DNA from: Squalus acanthias
Lineage: Eukaryota
Length of the DNA: 64,000 nt
NCBI GenBank assembly: GCA_030390025.1
Contig: JASTWF010000070.1
Coordinates: 1,054,001 to 1,118,000 of the forward strand
Reading direction: 5' to 3'
In this document: positions 24,263-37,638 of the stretch, one piece after another
Layout of the letters: every line of letters starts with the position of its first letter
Numbering within the stretch: position 1 is the first letter of the stretch
Position numbers and translations under genes: made by a program
The notes under the pieces: generated by a model
Told to the model about the DNA's origin: nothing
The model's input: the letters and a program-made list of their open reading frames with translations, nothing else
Databases searched by the model: none

Positions 24263-27227
24263 ACTAACCTGTCTGTTCTCGTTACAGACACTGACCGACC
24301 GGCCGTATATTCCCAGCATTTTCTGTTTTTAATTAATTTCCTATAAGGTCAGTTTTTTTTCCTCTTTACTTGAATATAATAAAGCGTTTGATTGTCTTAA
24401 AATGTGGTCACTGTTAATTTTTAAAAGTTGAAAACGGAGCTGTAAACCGCTTTTCACCGAGAGTCCACATATGTTCTGATATCTCAAACTGATGCAGCCC
24501 TTTCAAAGAGCCGCCACGGGCACAATGGGCCGAATGGCCTCCTTCTGTGCTGCACAATTCTATAAGATTCCGGAAGTTTTTATTAAGATTCATATTTTTT
24601 TAGAATTGCGAGTTAGAAACTGATCGGCTTTAAATGTTGCGGCGATGATAATTGAGCCGGGTCTGTTACTGGGTATTGAAAAACTCACTGAATAAAGAGA
24701 GGACATTGTACACGGGCTGGGAATTAATGTAGTGACTCTGCCTAACAATATTGTAAATGGCTTACAGAGAATTACACAGAATATACAGCACAGAAACAGG
24801 CCATTCGGCCCAACCAGTCCATGCCGGCATTTATGCTCCACTCGAGCCTCCTCCCATCCTTCCTCATCTAAATCTATCAGCATAACCCTCTATTCCCTTC
24901 TCCCTCATGCGCTTATCTAGCCTTCCCTTAAGTGCATCTATACTATTCGCTTCAACACTCCCTGTGGTAGCGAGTTCCACATTCTCCCCACTCTCTGGGT
25001 AAAAAAGTTTCTCCTGAATTCCCTATTGGATTTCTTGGTGACTATCTTATATTGATGGTCTCTAGTTTTGCTCTGCCCCACAAGTGGAAACATTCTCTCT
25101 GTGTCTACTCTATCAAAACCTTTCATTATTTTAAAGCTCTCTATTCGGCCACCCCTCAGCCTTCTCTTTTCCCCGGTTTGATGAAGGGTTTTCACTGTTC
25201 GGTATTTCTAGTGAAAGGGGGAACAAGGATTGTAAAAGTTACTCACTACAGAGGCAAGTAAGGATTCCTCCCCGCGCGGGTGAACTGATTTCTCTCTCGG
25301 GATCAGCTCAGTCTCGCTGGTCCCGGAGCGATCCGTTCAACACTGGGCGGTAGCGGGACCCGATAGATCAACCCAGGAGAATCGGCGCTATCCCCCGGGG
25401 GGACACTGGACAGGGAGAGTCAGCAGACACAGCATGGGGGAGGGGAGAGGGTCAGCAGCGAGAGAATGAGATGGAGAGAAAGTTGCCTTCAACAAGCATC
25501 ACCCAGTCTCACTCACACACACGGGGCTGGTCAGTCATTGTCACTGCGCCGCTCCATGGTAAAGCGGCGGTTCTGCTCTATAAACAGCGGGGAGATTGCG
25601 AATAATAAACCCAGACAGATTAAATATCGGAGCACGAAATTCAGAATAAACCCGACCCGTCAAACGAATACAATCCCGACTAGTCCCGGTGTTGCTGGCG
25701 ACAGGGAGTCGATCCAACCGGTTGTGTGCTGGGACAGCGGGTCTCGGGAGGGTCTTCTCTCTCTCCCAGCCCAGAGCCGAAGGCTGCGGTCAGGGGTACA
25801 ATACGCCACAGGAATAAAACCAGCAGCAACATTGAAAGTTGCAAATGACGATAAATGAGTTGGGATTCCCCCGGGGTCGCTACCGCCGGCTCCGGGCAAT
25901 CCTTCTAAAATCGGGCGGTGTCGACTCTGGATAATAGGAATAATTCCACATACACAAAGAGAAGAAGTAAGGAACAGCTTAGAATCACACGGGACAGAAG
26001 GAGGCCATTCAGCCCATTCAGCTCCAGTGCCGGCTCTTTCAAAGACTGATCTAATTAGTCCCAACACCCTGCTCTTACCCCACAGCCCTGCAATTTTCTC
26101 CTGTTCAAGTCTCAGTGTAACCTAGTGACATATTCAGTGTCCACTGTCAGAATTTCACAGTGTAGCTCACAACTTTCCGCTCTCTCTCTCTCTGTCTCTG
26201 TCTCTTGCTGCACCCGAATGATACCGGGGCTGAGATGGTTAAATTACGAGGACGGGTTGCATAGCTTGGTTCGTATTCCCTTGAGTTTAGAAGATTCAGA
26301 GGTGATCTGATCGAGGTGTTTAAAATGTGAAAAAGGATTCGATCGGGTAAACACAGAGAAACGATTTCCTCCGGTTGGGGAATCAAGAACCAGGGAACAT
26401 CAACTGAAAATTAGAGCCCGGCCATTTAGGAGGAAAGCACTTTTTCACACAGGCTCGAGTGGCTGAATGACCTCCTCCTGTTCCTATGTCGCTATTTTAA
26501 CAATCAGTGCTCCTCTGAGGACATTCAGCCCATCATGCCTCTGCCGGCTCTTAGAATAGAGCTATCCAATTATTTCCACTCCCCTGCTCTTTCCACACAG
26601 CCCTGCATTTATCCTTTTCAAGTATTTATACAATTCCCTTTTGAAAGTCACTATTGAATCTGCTTCCACCGCCCTTTCTGAATCAGCAGCAAGACAACCC
26701 TGGATTTGTCAATCACTTTAAAATTGTGATTTCAATTGACAAATATGATGTGGGATTCAGTCGGTAAATACAATTCTGATGAGAATATTCATGAGGCGGA
26801 GTAAAGAGCTAATTAGATGAATGAGAAACAGGGGAAGAAAGCGGCATTTTACACCGTGCCCCGGATTAAAGAGAAGTTGTTCTGTTATACTCTGAGTCAT
26901 CTCCTTTAAAACTCAGGAGCGCCAATAAAATTCGGCACAATATTAATAAACTGACACCTTGCCTTTAATTTCCTGCGGGTCCGATTAACGCGCGCAGTTC
27001 CCGTTTTAAACCCTGTTCCAGTTGAATTATTAAGCGGCGGGTTCAGTTGTTTCTGGGGCTCTGTGATGTTGAACATTTCCCCTGTTTGGAGTCAATCCCT
27101 AACTCCCCACACCGAGTCTTGGTTCATGTTTTTAAAAGTCAGCTTGAAACTGGTTGGTGTCAGTTACTTGAGGGCGAAAGAAACATGCATCAAATTGTTA
27201 ATAATTGGGTTGTCTCGAGATATTATT

Positions 27228-27973
27228 GGCCCAGAAATTGATCTCGCTCTGTTCCCGCGGGGGTAAGGAGCAGGCGCGATCTCTCACTCCGCGTTGGCTT
27301 TTTCAGATCCAGCTCGCACGAACTTGATGTTCCAGACATCAGCTGGGCAGTGCTTGCGTATCCCACCGGCGTAGTGAATTCGTGCGAGCTGTGGGATCAC
27401 GTGACTCAGTTAGAGCCAATGGCAGCACACCATCTTCCATTCATAAGTTTCACATCCGTGCTGTGAAAGCTATGAATCTTACACCCCCCCAAAATAACAG
27501 CTAAACCTCAATTAAATTTTTTTTTAAAAACCATCACATTAATGAAATAAGTATAGTTAAATAAATTAACCATTTTAAATAAAAAATTAAATTTTTGAAA
27601 AAATTTAAAATCTTTTATAAAGTTATAAAAATAAACTTACCTGTCTTTAAAGTCTCTAAAAAAGATATACCTGTTAAAAAAAATTCAAAAAAATACTTAA
27701 TTCACTACTTACCATAGTTAAAAGTGGGTCTTACTCCTCCTTTTTCCATTTCTAAAATCTTCCGTCCTTACCTGCGCGTCCAAAGCACGAAGTGCACAGC
27801 GTGCGCGCAGCCTGTAGCGCGCACGCGATGCACCGAGGAACCGCCCCCTTTTCCAAAGACCAAGTGCCGGTTTTCAGCGCATGCGCAGGGCATGCAGAAA
27901 ACCGGCAATTGGAGAGAGAATACGCGAGAGTACGCAGTGCGTACTCTCGCGCAGCGGGATCAATTTTTGGCCC
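27228..27973 (+). mobile_element. Non-autonomous DNA transposon (PIF/Harbinger-like MITE), copy 1
   Basis: Imperfect TIRs GGCCCAGAAATTGATC / GATCAATTTTTGGCCC, ATT flanks, AT-rich core, absent from the paralogous site near 32600. Confidence 0.8.
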
Positions 27974-28319
27974 ATTAGCGTCAAAGGAATAATATTTTTT
28001 ATTTATTAAATATCTGAAATGTGCAACTGTGAAGTTGGATATTCCCCTGTTCCTTAGTAAAACACACAGAGCGGCCGGAGGGATTCTCGCCCACTGGAGT
28101 AGCCGGCACTGAATTCGGGCAGGGATTGGTTCTCACCTGGACAAGGGGCTTTTCGGTGAAGCCCAGGTGCTTGGTTCTGTTTCTGCGCTTGAACTGATCA
28201 CTGATTTCTCTAATCGGTTAATATTATTAAAGGGGCTTTGGTGCTGTGACTGGAGCTGCTCGCTCAACCTTGCACAGGTCCCCAAAGCTTTGTCACTGCT
28301 CACACCGACACGGCCGACT

Positions 28320-28382
28320 GGTGAACCAATCATTGCAGAGCACTGGCCACACCGCGCACTGCATCTTGGGAACTGTAGTTCC
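28320..28382 (-). promoter_or_regulatory. ZNF143/Staf-type element plus CCAAT box
   Basis: Minus strand ACTACAGTTCCCAAGATGCA (28379-28360); CCAAT at 28326-28330; GTGAG donor downstream at 28135; degenerate copy near 32950-33008. Confidence 0.4.
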
Positions 28383-28414
28383 ATATTGGGCAATGCATAA
28401 GATCAGCGTGTCTA

Positions 28415-29300
28415 TTGACACCACTGAGTCAGCTCTACCTCACCACGGCCTCTCTCGACTCCATCACTGTCTCCAAATTTTCACACCGCTTGTCTGACAT
28501 CCAGCACTGGATGAGCAGAAATTTCCTCCAACGAAATTGTGGGAAGACCGAAGCCATTCTCTTCGGTCTCCGCCACAAATTCCATTCCCTCACAACCGAC
28601 ACCATCCCTCTCCCTGGGAACTGTCTGAGTCTGATACAGACTGTTGGCAACCATGATGTCATATCTGCCATAACTAAGACAGCCTATTTCCACCTCAATA
28701 ACATCGCCCGACTCTACCGTGCCTCAGCTCATCATCTGCTGAAACCATCATGCGCAACGTTTTTACCTCTTGACTTTACTATATCAACACACACCTGGCC
28801 GGCCTCCCACTTTCTACCCTCCATAAACTTGAGAGTATCCAAAACATGCACCAAGTCCCTTCACCCCTATGCTCGCTGACCTACATTGGCTCCCGGTTAC
28901 ATAACACCTCAATTTTGATATGATAATTCTTGTCTTCAAATCCTGCCATGGCGTCACCCCTCCCTGTCTCTGTCATCTCCTCCAGCCCTGCAACATTCCG
29001 AGATATCTGCGTTCCTCCAATTCTGGCCTCTGGCGCATGACTCCACCATTGGTGGCAGTGCTTTCAGCTGGCTAGGCCCTAAGCTCTGGACTTCCATCGC
29101 TGCACCTCTCTGCTTCTCTACCTGTCTTTCCGCCTTTAAGACACTCCTTAAAACCTGACTCTTTGATCAAGCTTTTGGTCTTCGGCACTAATATCTCCTT
29201 ATGTGGCTCGGTGTCAAAGTTTTTCATAACACTCCTGTGAAGTAACTTTGGACGTTTTACTACATTAAAGGTGCTATATGAATACAAGTTGTTATTGTTG
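28415..29300 (+). mobile_element. L2-clade LINE 3' fragment (another at 35880-36760; tail-only copies at 10312-10640, 11367-11675, 41170-41510, 62270-62612)
   Basis: QLYLTT..DIQHWMSRNFLQ..GKTE; TTGTTG tail. Confidence 0.8.
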
Positions 29301-29679
29301 TTGTTGGAGGTGGGGAGGGACTTTAGTCAGGTTCACATAGAACAGTTTACCTTACAGCAAACAAAATCTATTTATTCAGCAAACCGAGTCTATTTAAGCA
29401 GCGCATGACAGCAAACAGTCTACAGGGTCTATTTAAAAAGAGCATGTACAAACTACAGAAAACAGAACTCATGACCGGAACTAAACAACTTCGCCCGATA
29501 AAAGCTGGCTGATTTCTCCAGAATAATGTAGTGAGTCGAGGATACTTAGAGAATACAAATTATGTGCGTAAAATGTTACTGTTATATATTTAGGAGTCAC
29601 CCAGAGGAGCTATTAGTTTTTTTACAGTATTTATCATACTTTCTAATGCCATAATTGAGCTGAATACATCGCATCTACT

Positions 29680-31175
29680 TACATAGAATCATAGAAGATA
29701 GGAGCAGGAGTAGGCCATTCGGCCCCTCGAGCCTGGTCCACCATTCAATGCGATCATGGCTGATCATTCAAATTCAGTACCCTGTCCCTGCTTTCTCCCA
29801 ATATCCCTTGATCCCTTTAGTCTTAAGAAATATATCCAACTCCTTCTTGAATTTATTTAATGAATTGGCCACTACTGCCTTCTGTGGCAGAGAATTCCAC
29901 AGGTTCACCATTCTCTGGGTGAAGAAATTCCTCCTCATTTCTGTCCCAAATGGCTTATACCTTATCCTTAGACTGTGACCCCTAGTTCTGCACTCCCCGA
30001 CTATTGCGGACATCCTTCCTGCATCTAGTTTGTCCTGTCCTGTCCTGTCAGAATTTTATAAGCTTCAATAAGATCCCCTCTCATTCTTCGAAACTCCAGC
30101 GAGTATAAGCTCAAACGACCCAATCTCTCTTCATACGTCATTCCTGCCATCCCAGGTAACAGCCTTGTGAATCTTCGCTGAAGTCCTTCCATGGCAAGAA
30201 CATCCATCCTCAGATAAGGCGACCAAAACTGCACACAGTACTCAAGGTGTGATCTCACCAAGGCCCTGTACAACTGCAGCAAGACATCCTTGTTCCTGTA
30301 CTGAAACCCTCTCGCTATGAAGGCCAACATACCATTTGCCTTCTTAACCACCTGCTGCACCTGCATGTTTACCTTCAGCGACTGGTGCACAATGACACCC
30401 AGGTCTCGTTGCACTTCCCCTTCTCCAAATCTATTGCCATTCAGATAATAATCTGCCTTTCTGTTTTTGACACCAAAGTGGATAACCTCGCATTTATCCA
30501 CGTAATATTGCATCTGCCACGCTTCTGCCCAATCACCCAACCTGTCCAAATCATCCTGGAGTTTCTCGGCATCCTCCTCGCAGCACACACGCTCACCCAG
30601 TTTTGTGTCGTCTGCAAACTTGGAGATATTACATCTAGTTCCCTTGTCCAGATCATTAATATATATTGTGAATAGCTGGGGTCCAAGGACCGATCCCTCC
30701 GGTACGCCACTAGTCACTGCCTGCCACTCGGAAAAAGGCCCGGTTATTCCAACTCTTTGCTTTCTGTCTGCCAACCAGTTCTCTATCCACGTCAATACCT
30801 TGCTCCCAATCCCATGTGCCTTAACTTTACACGCTAATCTCTTATGCGGGACCTTATCAAAAGCCTTTTGGAAGGCCAAATACACCACATCCACTGGTTC
30901 TCCCTTATCTATTTTACCAGTTACATCCTCAAAAAATTCCAGTAGATTAGTCAAGCATGATTTACTTTTTGTAAATCCATGTTGACTTTGTCCGATCCTG
31001 TCACTGTTTTTCCAAGTGCTCAGCTATTACATCTTTTATAATGGACTCTAGCATTTTCACCACTACCGATGTCAGGCTTACCGGTCTGTAATTCCCCGTT
31101 TTCTCTCTGCCACCCTTTTTGAATAGTGGGGTAACATTAGCTACCCTCCAATCCATTGGTACTGTTCCAGATTCC
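29680..31175 (-). mobile_element. CR1 LINE, RT domain with 309-aa open frame
   Basis: ORF 30025-30954: FQKAFDKVPH..GVPEGSVLGP..FADDTKL. Confidence 0.92.
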
Positions 31176-31594
31176 ATCATGTACTAAATCACCAACACTG
31201 GAGATTAATCGTTCTGAAAGCGCGCTGTTACTGTCTGATATAATGCATCAGATTTTAAAATAATATTTTTCCCATTAAATAAATATTTCATAATAGACTG
31301 ACGTACTTTCTCTAAATCAGCAGCATGACAACCCTGGATTTGTCAATCCCTTTAAAATTGGTGTTTCAATTGAGAAATATGATTTGGGCTTCAGTCTGAG
31401 AATACATTTCTGATGAAAATATTCCTGAGGCGGAGTAAAGGGCGAATTAGATGAATGAGAAAGAGGGGAAGAAAGCGACATTTTGCAGCCTGTCCCGGAT
31501 TAAAGAGAAGTTGTTCTATTACAGTCTGTGGCATCCCCTTTAAAACTCAAGAGGACAAATAAAACTCGGCGCAATATTAATAAAATGACACATT

Positions 31595-32335
31595 GGGCCG
31601 AAAATTGATCCCGGGACGCGAGAGTACGCACTGCATACTCTCGCGTATTCCCACTCCAATTGCCGGTTTTCTGCATGCCCTGCGCATGCGCTGAAAACCG
31701 GCAATTGCTCTTCCGAAAAGGGGGCGGGGCCGGAGTGCATCGCGTGCGCGCTACAGGCTGCGCGCACGCTGTGCACTTCATGCTTTGGACGCGCAGGTAA
31801 GTACTGAAGATTTTGGAAATGTAAAAAGGAGTAAGACCCGCTTTTAAGAAGGTAAGTAGTGAATTAAGTATTTTTTTGAATTTTTTTTTACAGGTATATC
31901 TTTTTTATAGACTTTAAAGACAGGTAAGTTTATTTTTATAACTTTTTAAAAGATTTTAAATTTTTTCAAAAATTTAATTTTTTATTTAAAATGGTTAATT
32001 TAATTAACTATACTTATTTTATTAATGTGATGGGTTTTTTTTAAAATTTAATTGAGGTTTAGCTGTTATTTTGGGGGGGTGTAAGATTCATAAGTCTCTC
32101 AGCCATGCTGTGAGACTTATGAATGGAAGATGGTGTGCTGCCATTGGCTCTAACTGAGTCACGTGATCCCACAGCTCGCACGAATTAACTACGCCGCTGG
32201 GATACGCAAGCCCAGCACAGCTGATGTCTGGAACATCAATTTCGTGCGAGCTGGATCAGAAAAAGCATAAGCGAGGTGAGACATCGCGGGAAAGGCTTAC
32301 CCCCGCGGGAACAGAGCGAGATCAATTTCTGGGCC
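31595..32335 (-). mobile_element. Harbinger-like MITE, copy 2 (opposite orientation)
   Basis: Same TIRs, 3-bp ATT duplication, absent from the paralogous site near 26958. Confidence 0.8.
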
Positions 32336-33009
32336 ATTGCCTTTAATTTGCTGTGAGTCCGATTAATGCGCGCAGTTCCCGTTTTAAAGCCTGTTCCAGT
32401 TGAATTATTAAGCGGCGCGGTCAGTTGTTTCTGGGGCTCTGTGATGTTGAACACTTCCCTTGTTTGGAGTTAATCCCTAACTCCCCACACTGAGTCTTGG
32501 TTCATGTTTTTAAAAGTCAGATTGAAACTGGTTGGTGTCAGTAACTTGAGTGCGAAAGAAAAATGTATTAAATTGTTAATAAATGGGTTGGCTCCAGATA
32601 TTAGTGACAAAAGAATATTATTTTTTTGTTTCATAATTAAATATCTGAATTGTGTATCTGTGAAGTTAGATATTTCCCTGTTTCTTAGAAAAACACACAG
32701 AGCGGCCGGAAGGATACTCGCCCCCTGGAGTAGCACTGAATTCCGGCAGCGATTGGTTCTCACCTGGACACGGGGATTATCGGTGAAGCCCAGGTGCTTG
32801 GTTCTGTTTCTGCGCTTGAACTGATCACTGATTCCTCTGGTCTGTTAGAATTATTAAAGGGGCTTTTGTGCTGTGACTGGAGCTGCTCTCTCAACCTTGC
32901 ACAGAGACCAAGAGCTTTGTCACTGCTAACACCGACACGGCTGACTGGAGAATCAATCATTGCAGAGCACTGGCCATACAGCGCACTGCACCTTGGTAAC
33001 TGTAGTTCC

Positions 33010-34989
33010 ACACATGATGCAACAGTTATACATTCCTTTCTGGCGCAAAAACACAAAAAGAAAAGCGGCCCAACCATGACTAACAAAAGAAATTAAGGAT
33101 AGTATTAGAGCTAAAGAGGAGTCATATAAAGTTGCCAGAAAAAGTAGCAAGGCTGAGGATCGGGAACATTTTAGAATTCAGCAAAAAAGGACAAAGAGAT
33201 TGATTAAGAGGGGGAAAAATAGAGTATGAGAGCAAAATTGCAAGGAACATAAAAGCGGACTGTAAAAGCTTCTACAGTTATATAAAAATGAAAAAGATTA
33301 GTGACGACAAATTTAGGTCACTTACAGTCAGAAACGGGAGAATTTATAATGAGTAACAAGGAAATGGAAAGCAATTAAACAAATACTTTTGTTCTGTCTT
33401 CACGGAAGAGGACACAAATAACTTCCCAGAAATGCGAGGGAACGAAGGGTCTCCTCAGAAGGAAGAATTAAAGGAAGTTAGTATTCGTAAAATAATAGCG
33501 CTGGGGAAATTAATGGGACTGAAAGCTGATAAATCCCCAGGGGCTGATAATTTGCATCCCAGAATACTAAAAGAGGTAGCCATGGAAATAGTGGATGCAT
33601 TGTTTGTCATCTTCCAAAATTCTATAGATTATGGAACAGTTCCTGCAGATTGGAGGGTGGCATATGTAACCCCACTATTTAAAAAAGGAGGGAGAGAGAA
33701 AACAGGGAACGACAGACCGGTTAGCCTAACATCAGTAGTAGGGAAAATGCTAGAGTCTATTATAAAGGATGTGATAACAGGACACTTAGAAAATATCAAT
33801 GGGATTAGACAAATTCAACATGGATTTCTGAAAGGGAAATCGTGTTTGACAAACCTACTGAAGTGTTTTGAGGATGTAACTGGTAGAATAGATTAGGGAA
33901 ATCCAGTGGATGTGGTGTATTTGGATTTTCAAACGGCCTTTGATAAAGTCTCATATAAGAGATAATGCGTGCAGAATTAAAGATCGTGGGATTAGGGGTA
34001 ATATACTGGCATGGATAGAAAATTGTTTAACAGAGAGGAATCAGAGAGTAGGAATAAATGCGTCTTTTTCGGGGTGGAAGGCAGTGACTAGTGGCGTACC
34101 GCAGGAATCAGTGCTTGGGCCCCAGCTATTCACAATATATATCAATGATTTGAATGAGGGAATTAAATGTAATATTTCCAAGTATGCTGACGACACGAAA
34201 CTAGGTGGGATTGTGAGTTGTGAGGAGGATGCAAAGAGGCTTCAAGGCGATTTAGACAAGTTGAGTGAGTGGGCAAATACATGGCAGATGCAGGTGGATA
34301 AATGTGAAGTTATCCACTTCGGTAGGAAAAACAGAAAGGTAGGGTATTATTTAAATGGTGATAGATATGGGAAATGTTGATGTACAAAGGGACTTGGATG
34401 TCCTTGTACGCCAGTCACTGAAAGCAAACATGCAGGTGCAGCAAGCTTTTAGAAAGGGAAATGGTATGTTGGCCTTCATTGCAAGAGGATTTGAGTAAAG
34501 GAACAAGGATGTTTTACTACAGTTATACAGGGTCTTGGTGAGACCACACCTGGAGTACTGTGTGCAGTTTAGGTCTCCTTTCCTAAGAAACGATTTACTT
34601 GCCACAGAGGGAGTGCAGCGAGGGTTCAGCAGACTGATTCCTGGGATGGAAGGACTGTCCTATGAGAAGAGATTGGATCGACTAGGCCTGTATTCACTAG
34701 AGTTTAGAAGAATGAGAGGCGATCTCATTGAAACGTATAAAATTCTGACAGGGCTAGACAGACTGGATGCAGGGAGGTCTAGAACGAGGGGTCACAGTGT
34801 CAGGATACGGGGTAGGCCATTTAGGACTGAGATGAGGAGAAATTTCTTCACTCCGATGGTGATGAACCTGTGGAATTTTCTACCACAGACAGCTGTGGAA
34901 GCCAAGTCACTGATTATACTTAAGAAGGAAATAGATAGATTTATAGACACAAAAGGCATCAAGGGCTATGGGGTGAGAGCGGTAATATG
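33010..34989 (+). mobile_element. CR1 LINE ORF2 fragment, degenerate; tail continues 35751-35860
   Basis: KSPGADNLHPR..QHGFLKGKSCLTNL..YADDTKL. Confidence 0.9.
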
Positions 34990-35750
34990 AGCCCAGAAAT
35001 TAAACATCGATGGTTCCCGCGGGGGTAAGGATTCACCGCAATATCGCACTCCGCGCCTACCTTTTTGTTTCGGGCCCACACGAAATTCAGTTTCAGGGCC
35101 TCTCCGTGTTGCAACCGTGCAGTGCTTGCGTGTCCCAGAGGCGCAATTAGTTCATGCGAGCTCTGGGATCACGTGATTCAGTTAGAGCCAATGGCAGCAC
35201 ACCATCTTTCATTCATAGTTTTGACAGCAAGGGCTGTCAAAGCTATGAATACTACAAGCCCCCGAAAGAACAGCTAAACCTCAATTAAATTTAAAAAAGC
35301 CATCACATTAATAAAATAACTACAGTTAAATAAATTATCTACTTTAAACAAAAAATTAAATTTTAGCAAAAATTTAAAAAGCGTTTTAAAAGTTATAAAA
35401 ATAAACTTACCTTTCTTTAAAGTCTCTAAAAAAGATAAACCTGTTGAAAAAAAATTAAAATAACACTTAATTAACTACTTACCTTGTTAAAAGGGGGTCC
35501 TGCGCCTGCTTTCTTCATGTGTAACATCTTCACTACTTACCTGTTCGTTCAAACTTGAAAAAAACTAAGTGCACTGCGTGCGCACAAACTGTACTGCGCA
35601 CGCGGTTCACTTTTGAACCGCCCCCTTTGCAATATACGAAGTGCCGGTTTCCCGCGCATGCGCAGTGCATGCAGGAAACCGGCAATTCGGGGCCGAATAC
35701 GCGAGAGTACACAGTGCGTACTCTCGCGTATTAGGTCTAATTTTCGGGCC
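34990..35750 (+). mobile_element. Harbinger-like MITE, copy 3, inserted in a CR1 3' end
   Basis: ATG|AGCCCAGAAATT...AATTTTCGGGCC|ATG; CR1 tail resumes at 35751. Confidence 0.8.
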
Positions 35751-37638
35751 ATGGTATTGAGATGGAGGATCAGCCATGATCCTATTGAATGGCAGAGCAG
35801 GCTCGAGGGGCCGAATGGCCTACTACTGCTCCTATTTTTCTATGTTCCTATGTTTCTATGGCCAATAGCCAAGTCAGCGAGTCTATTGACACCTCTGTGT
35901 CAGATCTACCTCACCACCACCTCTCTCGACCCATCCACTGTCTCTAAATTGTCACACTGCTTGTCCAACATCCAGCACTGGATGAGCAGAAATTTACACC
36001 AACTAAATATTGGGAAGACCGAAGCCACTGTCTTTGGTCCCCGGCACAAATTCCGCTTCGTTGCCATGGACTCCATCCCTCTCCCTGGCAGAACCAGGCT
36101 GTTCACAAGCTTGTTGTCCTATCTGACCCTGAGATGATCTTCGGAACACATAGCTGCACCATAACTAAGACTGCCTATTTCCACCTCCATAACATCGCCC
36201 ATCCCGTCCTTGGCTCAGCTCATCTGCGGCTGAAACCCTCATCCGTGCCTTTGTGACCTCTAGACTTGAATATTCCAAAGCACTTCTGGCTGGGCTCCCA
36301 CATTTCAGCCTACTTAAACTTGAGGTCATCCGAAACTCGGCTGCCCGTGTCCTAATTCTAACCAATACCTGTTCAATCATCACCCCTGTGCTCGCTGAAC
36401 TACATTGGCTCCCGTTTAGGCAACACCTCGATTTTAAATTTCTCATCCTTGTTTTCAAATTCCTCCACGGCCTCACTATCCCTATCTCTGTAATTTCCTC
36501 CAGTCCCACAATCCTCCGAGATATCTGTGCTCCTCTAATTCTGGCGTATTGGATATCCCCAATTATAATCTCTCAACTATTGCCGGCTGTGCTTTCAGCT
36601 ACCAGTGCCCTAAGCTCTGGAAATGCCTCCCTGAACCTCTCCAGCTCCCGAGCTCTCTCTCCTGCTCTAACACGCTCCTTAAAACCTACCTCTGTGACCA
36701 AGCTTTTGGTTATCTGCCCAAATATATCGTTAGTTCTTACTTGGCTTGGAGTAATTTTTTAGACTGATCCTTGGGATGAGAGGGTTGTCCTATGATGAGA
36801 GATTGAGCAGACCGGGCCTATACTCTTTGGAGTTTAGAAGAATGAGAGGTGATCTCATTGAAACATACAAGATTCAAGAGGGGGATAGCCAGGGTAGATG
36901 CTAAGAGGTTGTTTCCCCTGGCTAGAGTGTCTAGAACTAGGGGTCATAGTCTCAGGATAAGGGGTAGGCCATTTAAGACTGAGATGGGGAGGAATTTCTT
37001 CACTCAGAGGGTTGTGAATCTTTGGAATTCTCTGCCCCAGAGGGCTGTGGATGCTCAGTCTTTGAGTATATTCAAGGCTGAGATCGATAGATTTTTGGAC
37101 TCTAGGGGAATCACAGGATATGGAGAAGGGGCGGGAAAGTGGAGTTGATGTCGATGATCAGCCATGATCTTATTGAATGGTGGAGCAGGCTCGATGGGCC
37201 GTGTGGCCTACTGCTGCTCTTATTTCTTATGTTCTTATGTTCTTATGAGGCCCTGTCTGCCCTCTCAGGTTGACGTACATGATGCAACGGCAATATATCA
37301 AGGAAACCCAGGGGAGTTAGCCGTAGAGTCCTGTCCAATATTTATCCCTCAATCAACATCACTAAAAAACAGATGATCTGGTCATTATCACATTGGTCTT
37401 TGTGGGAGCTTGCTGTTTGCAAATTGACTTGCTGCGTTTCCTACATTACAACAGTGACTACACTTCAGAAAGTACTTCATTGGCTCTAAAGCGCTTTCGG
37501 ACGTCCGGTGGTGGTGAAAGGCGCTATAGAAATGCAAATCTGTCTGTTTTCTATCAACTTTAATCATCTTAAGCTCCTTAGTTTGAGATAGTTTAGGAGT
37601 TTGTTGAGAGTCTCTGTGGCTTTACATTGCAAGTTAAA

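Larger units (their letters stand above)
26678..28400. repeat. Local ~1 kb duplicated unit (second copy 31315-33010), each copy interrupted by a MITE
   Basis: Both start AATCAGCAGC(A/AT)..GACAACCCTGGATTTGTCAATC and end ..AACTGTAGTTCCA. Confidence 0.85.

Noticed and set aside
30025-30954. 309-aa reverse transcriptase ORF as a host gene or active element
   Set aside because: 5'-truncated CR1 copy lacking ORF1 and endonuclease, with frame disruptions on both sides
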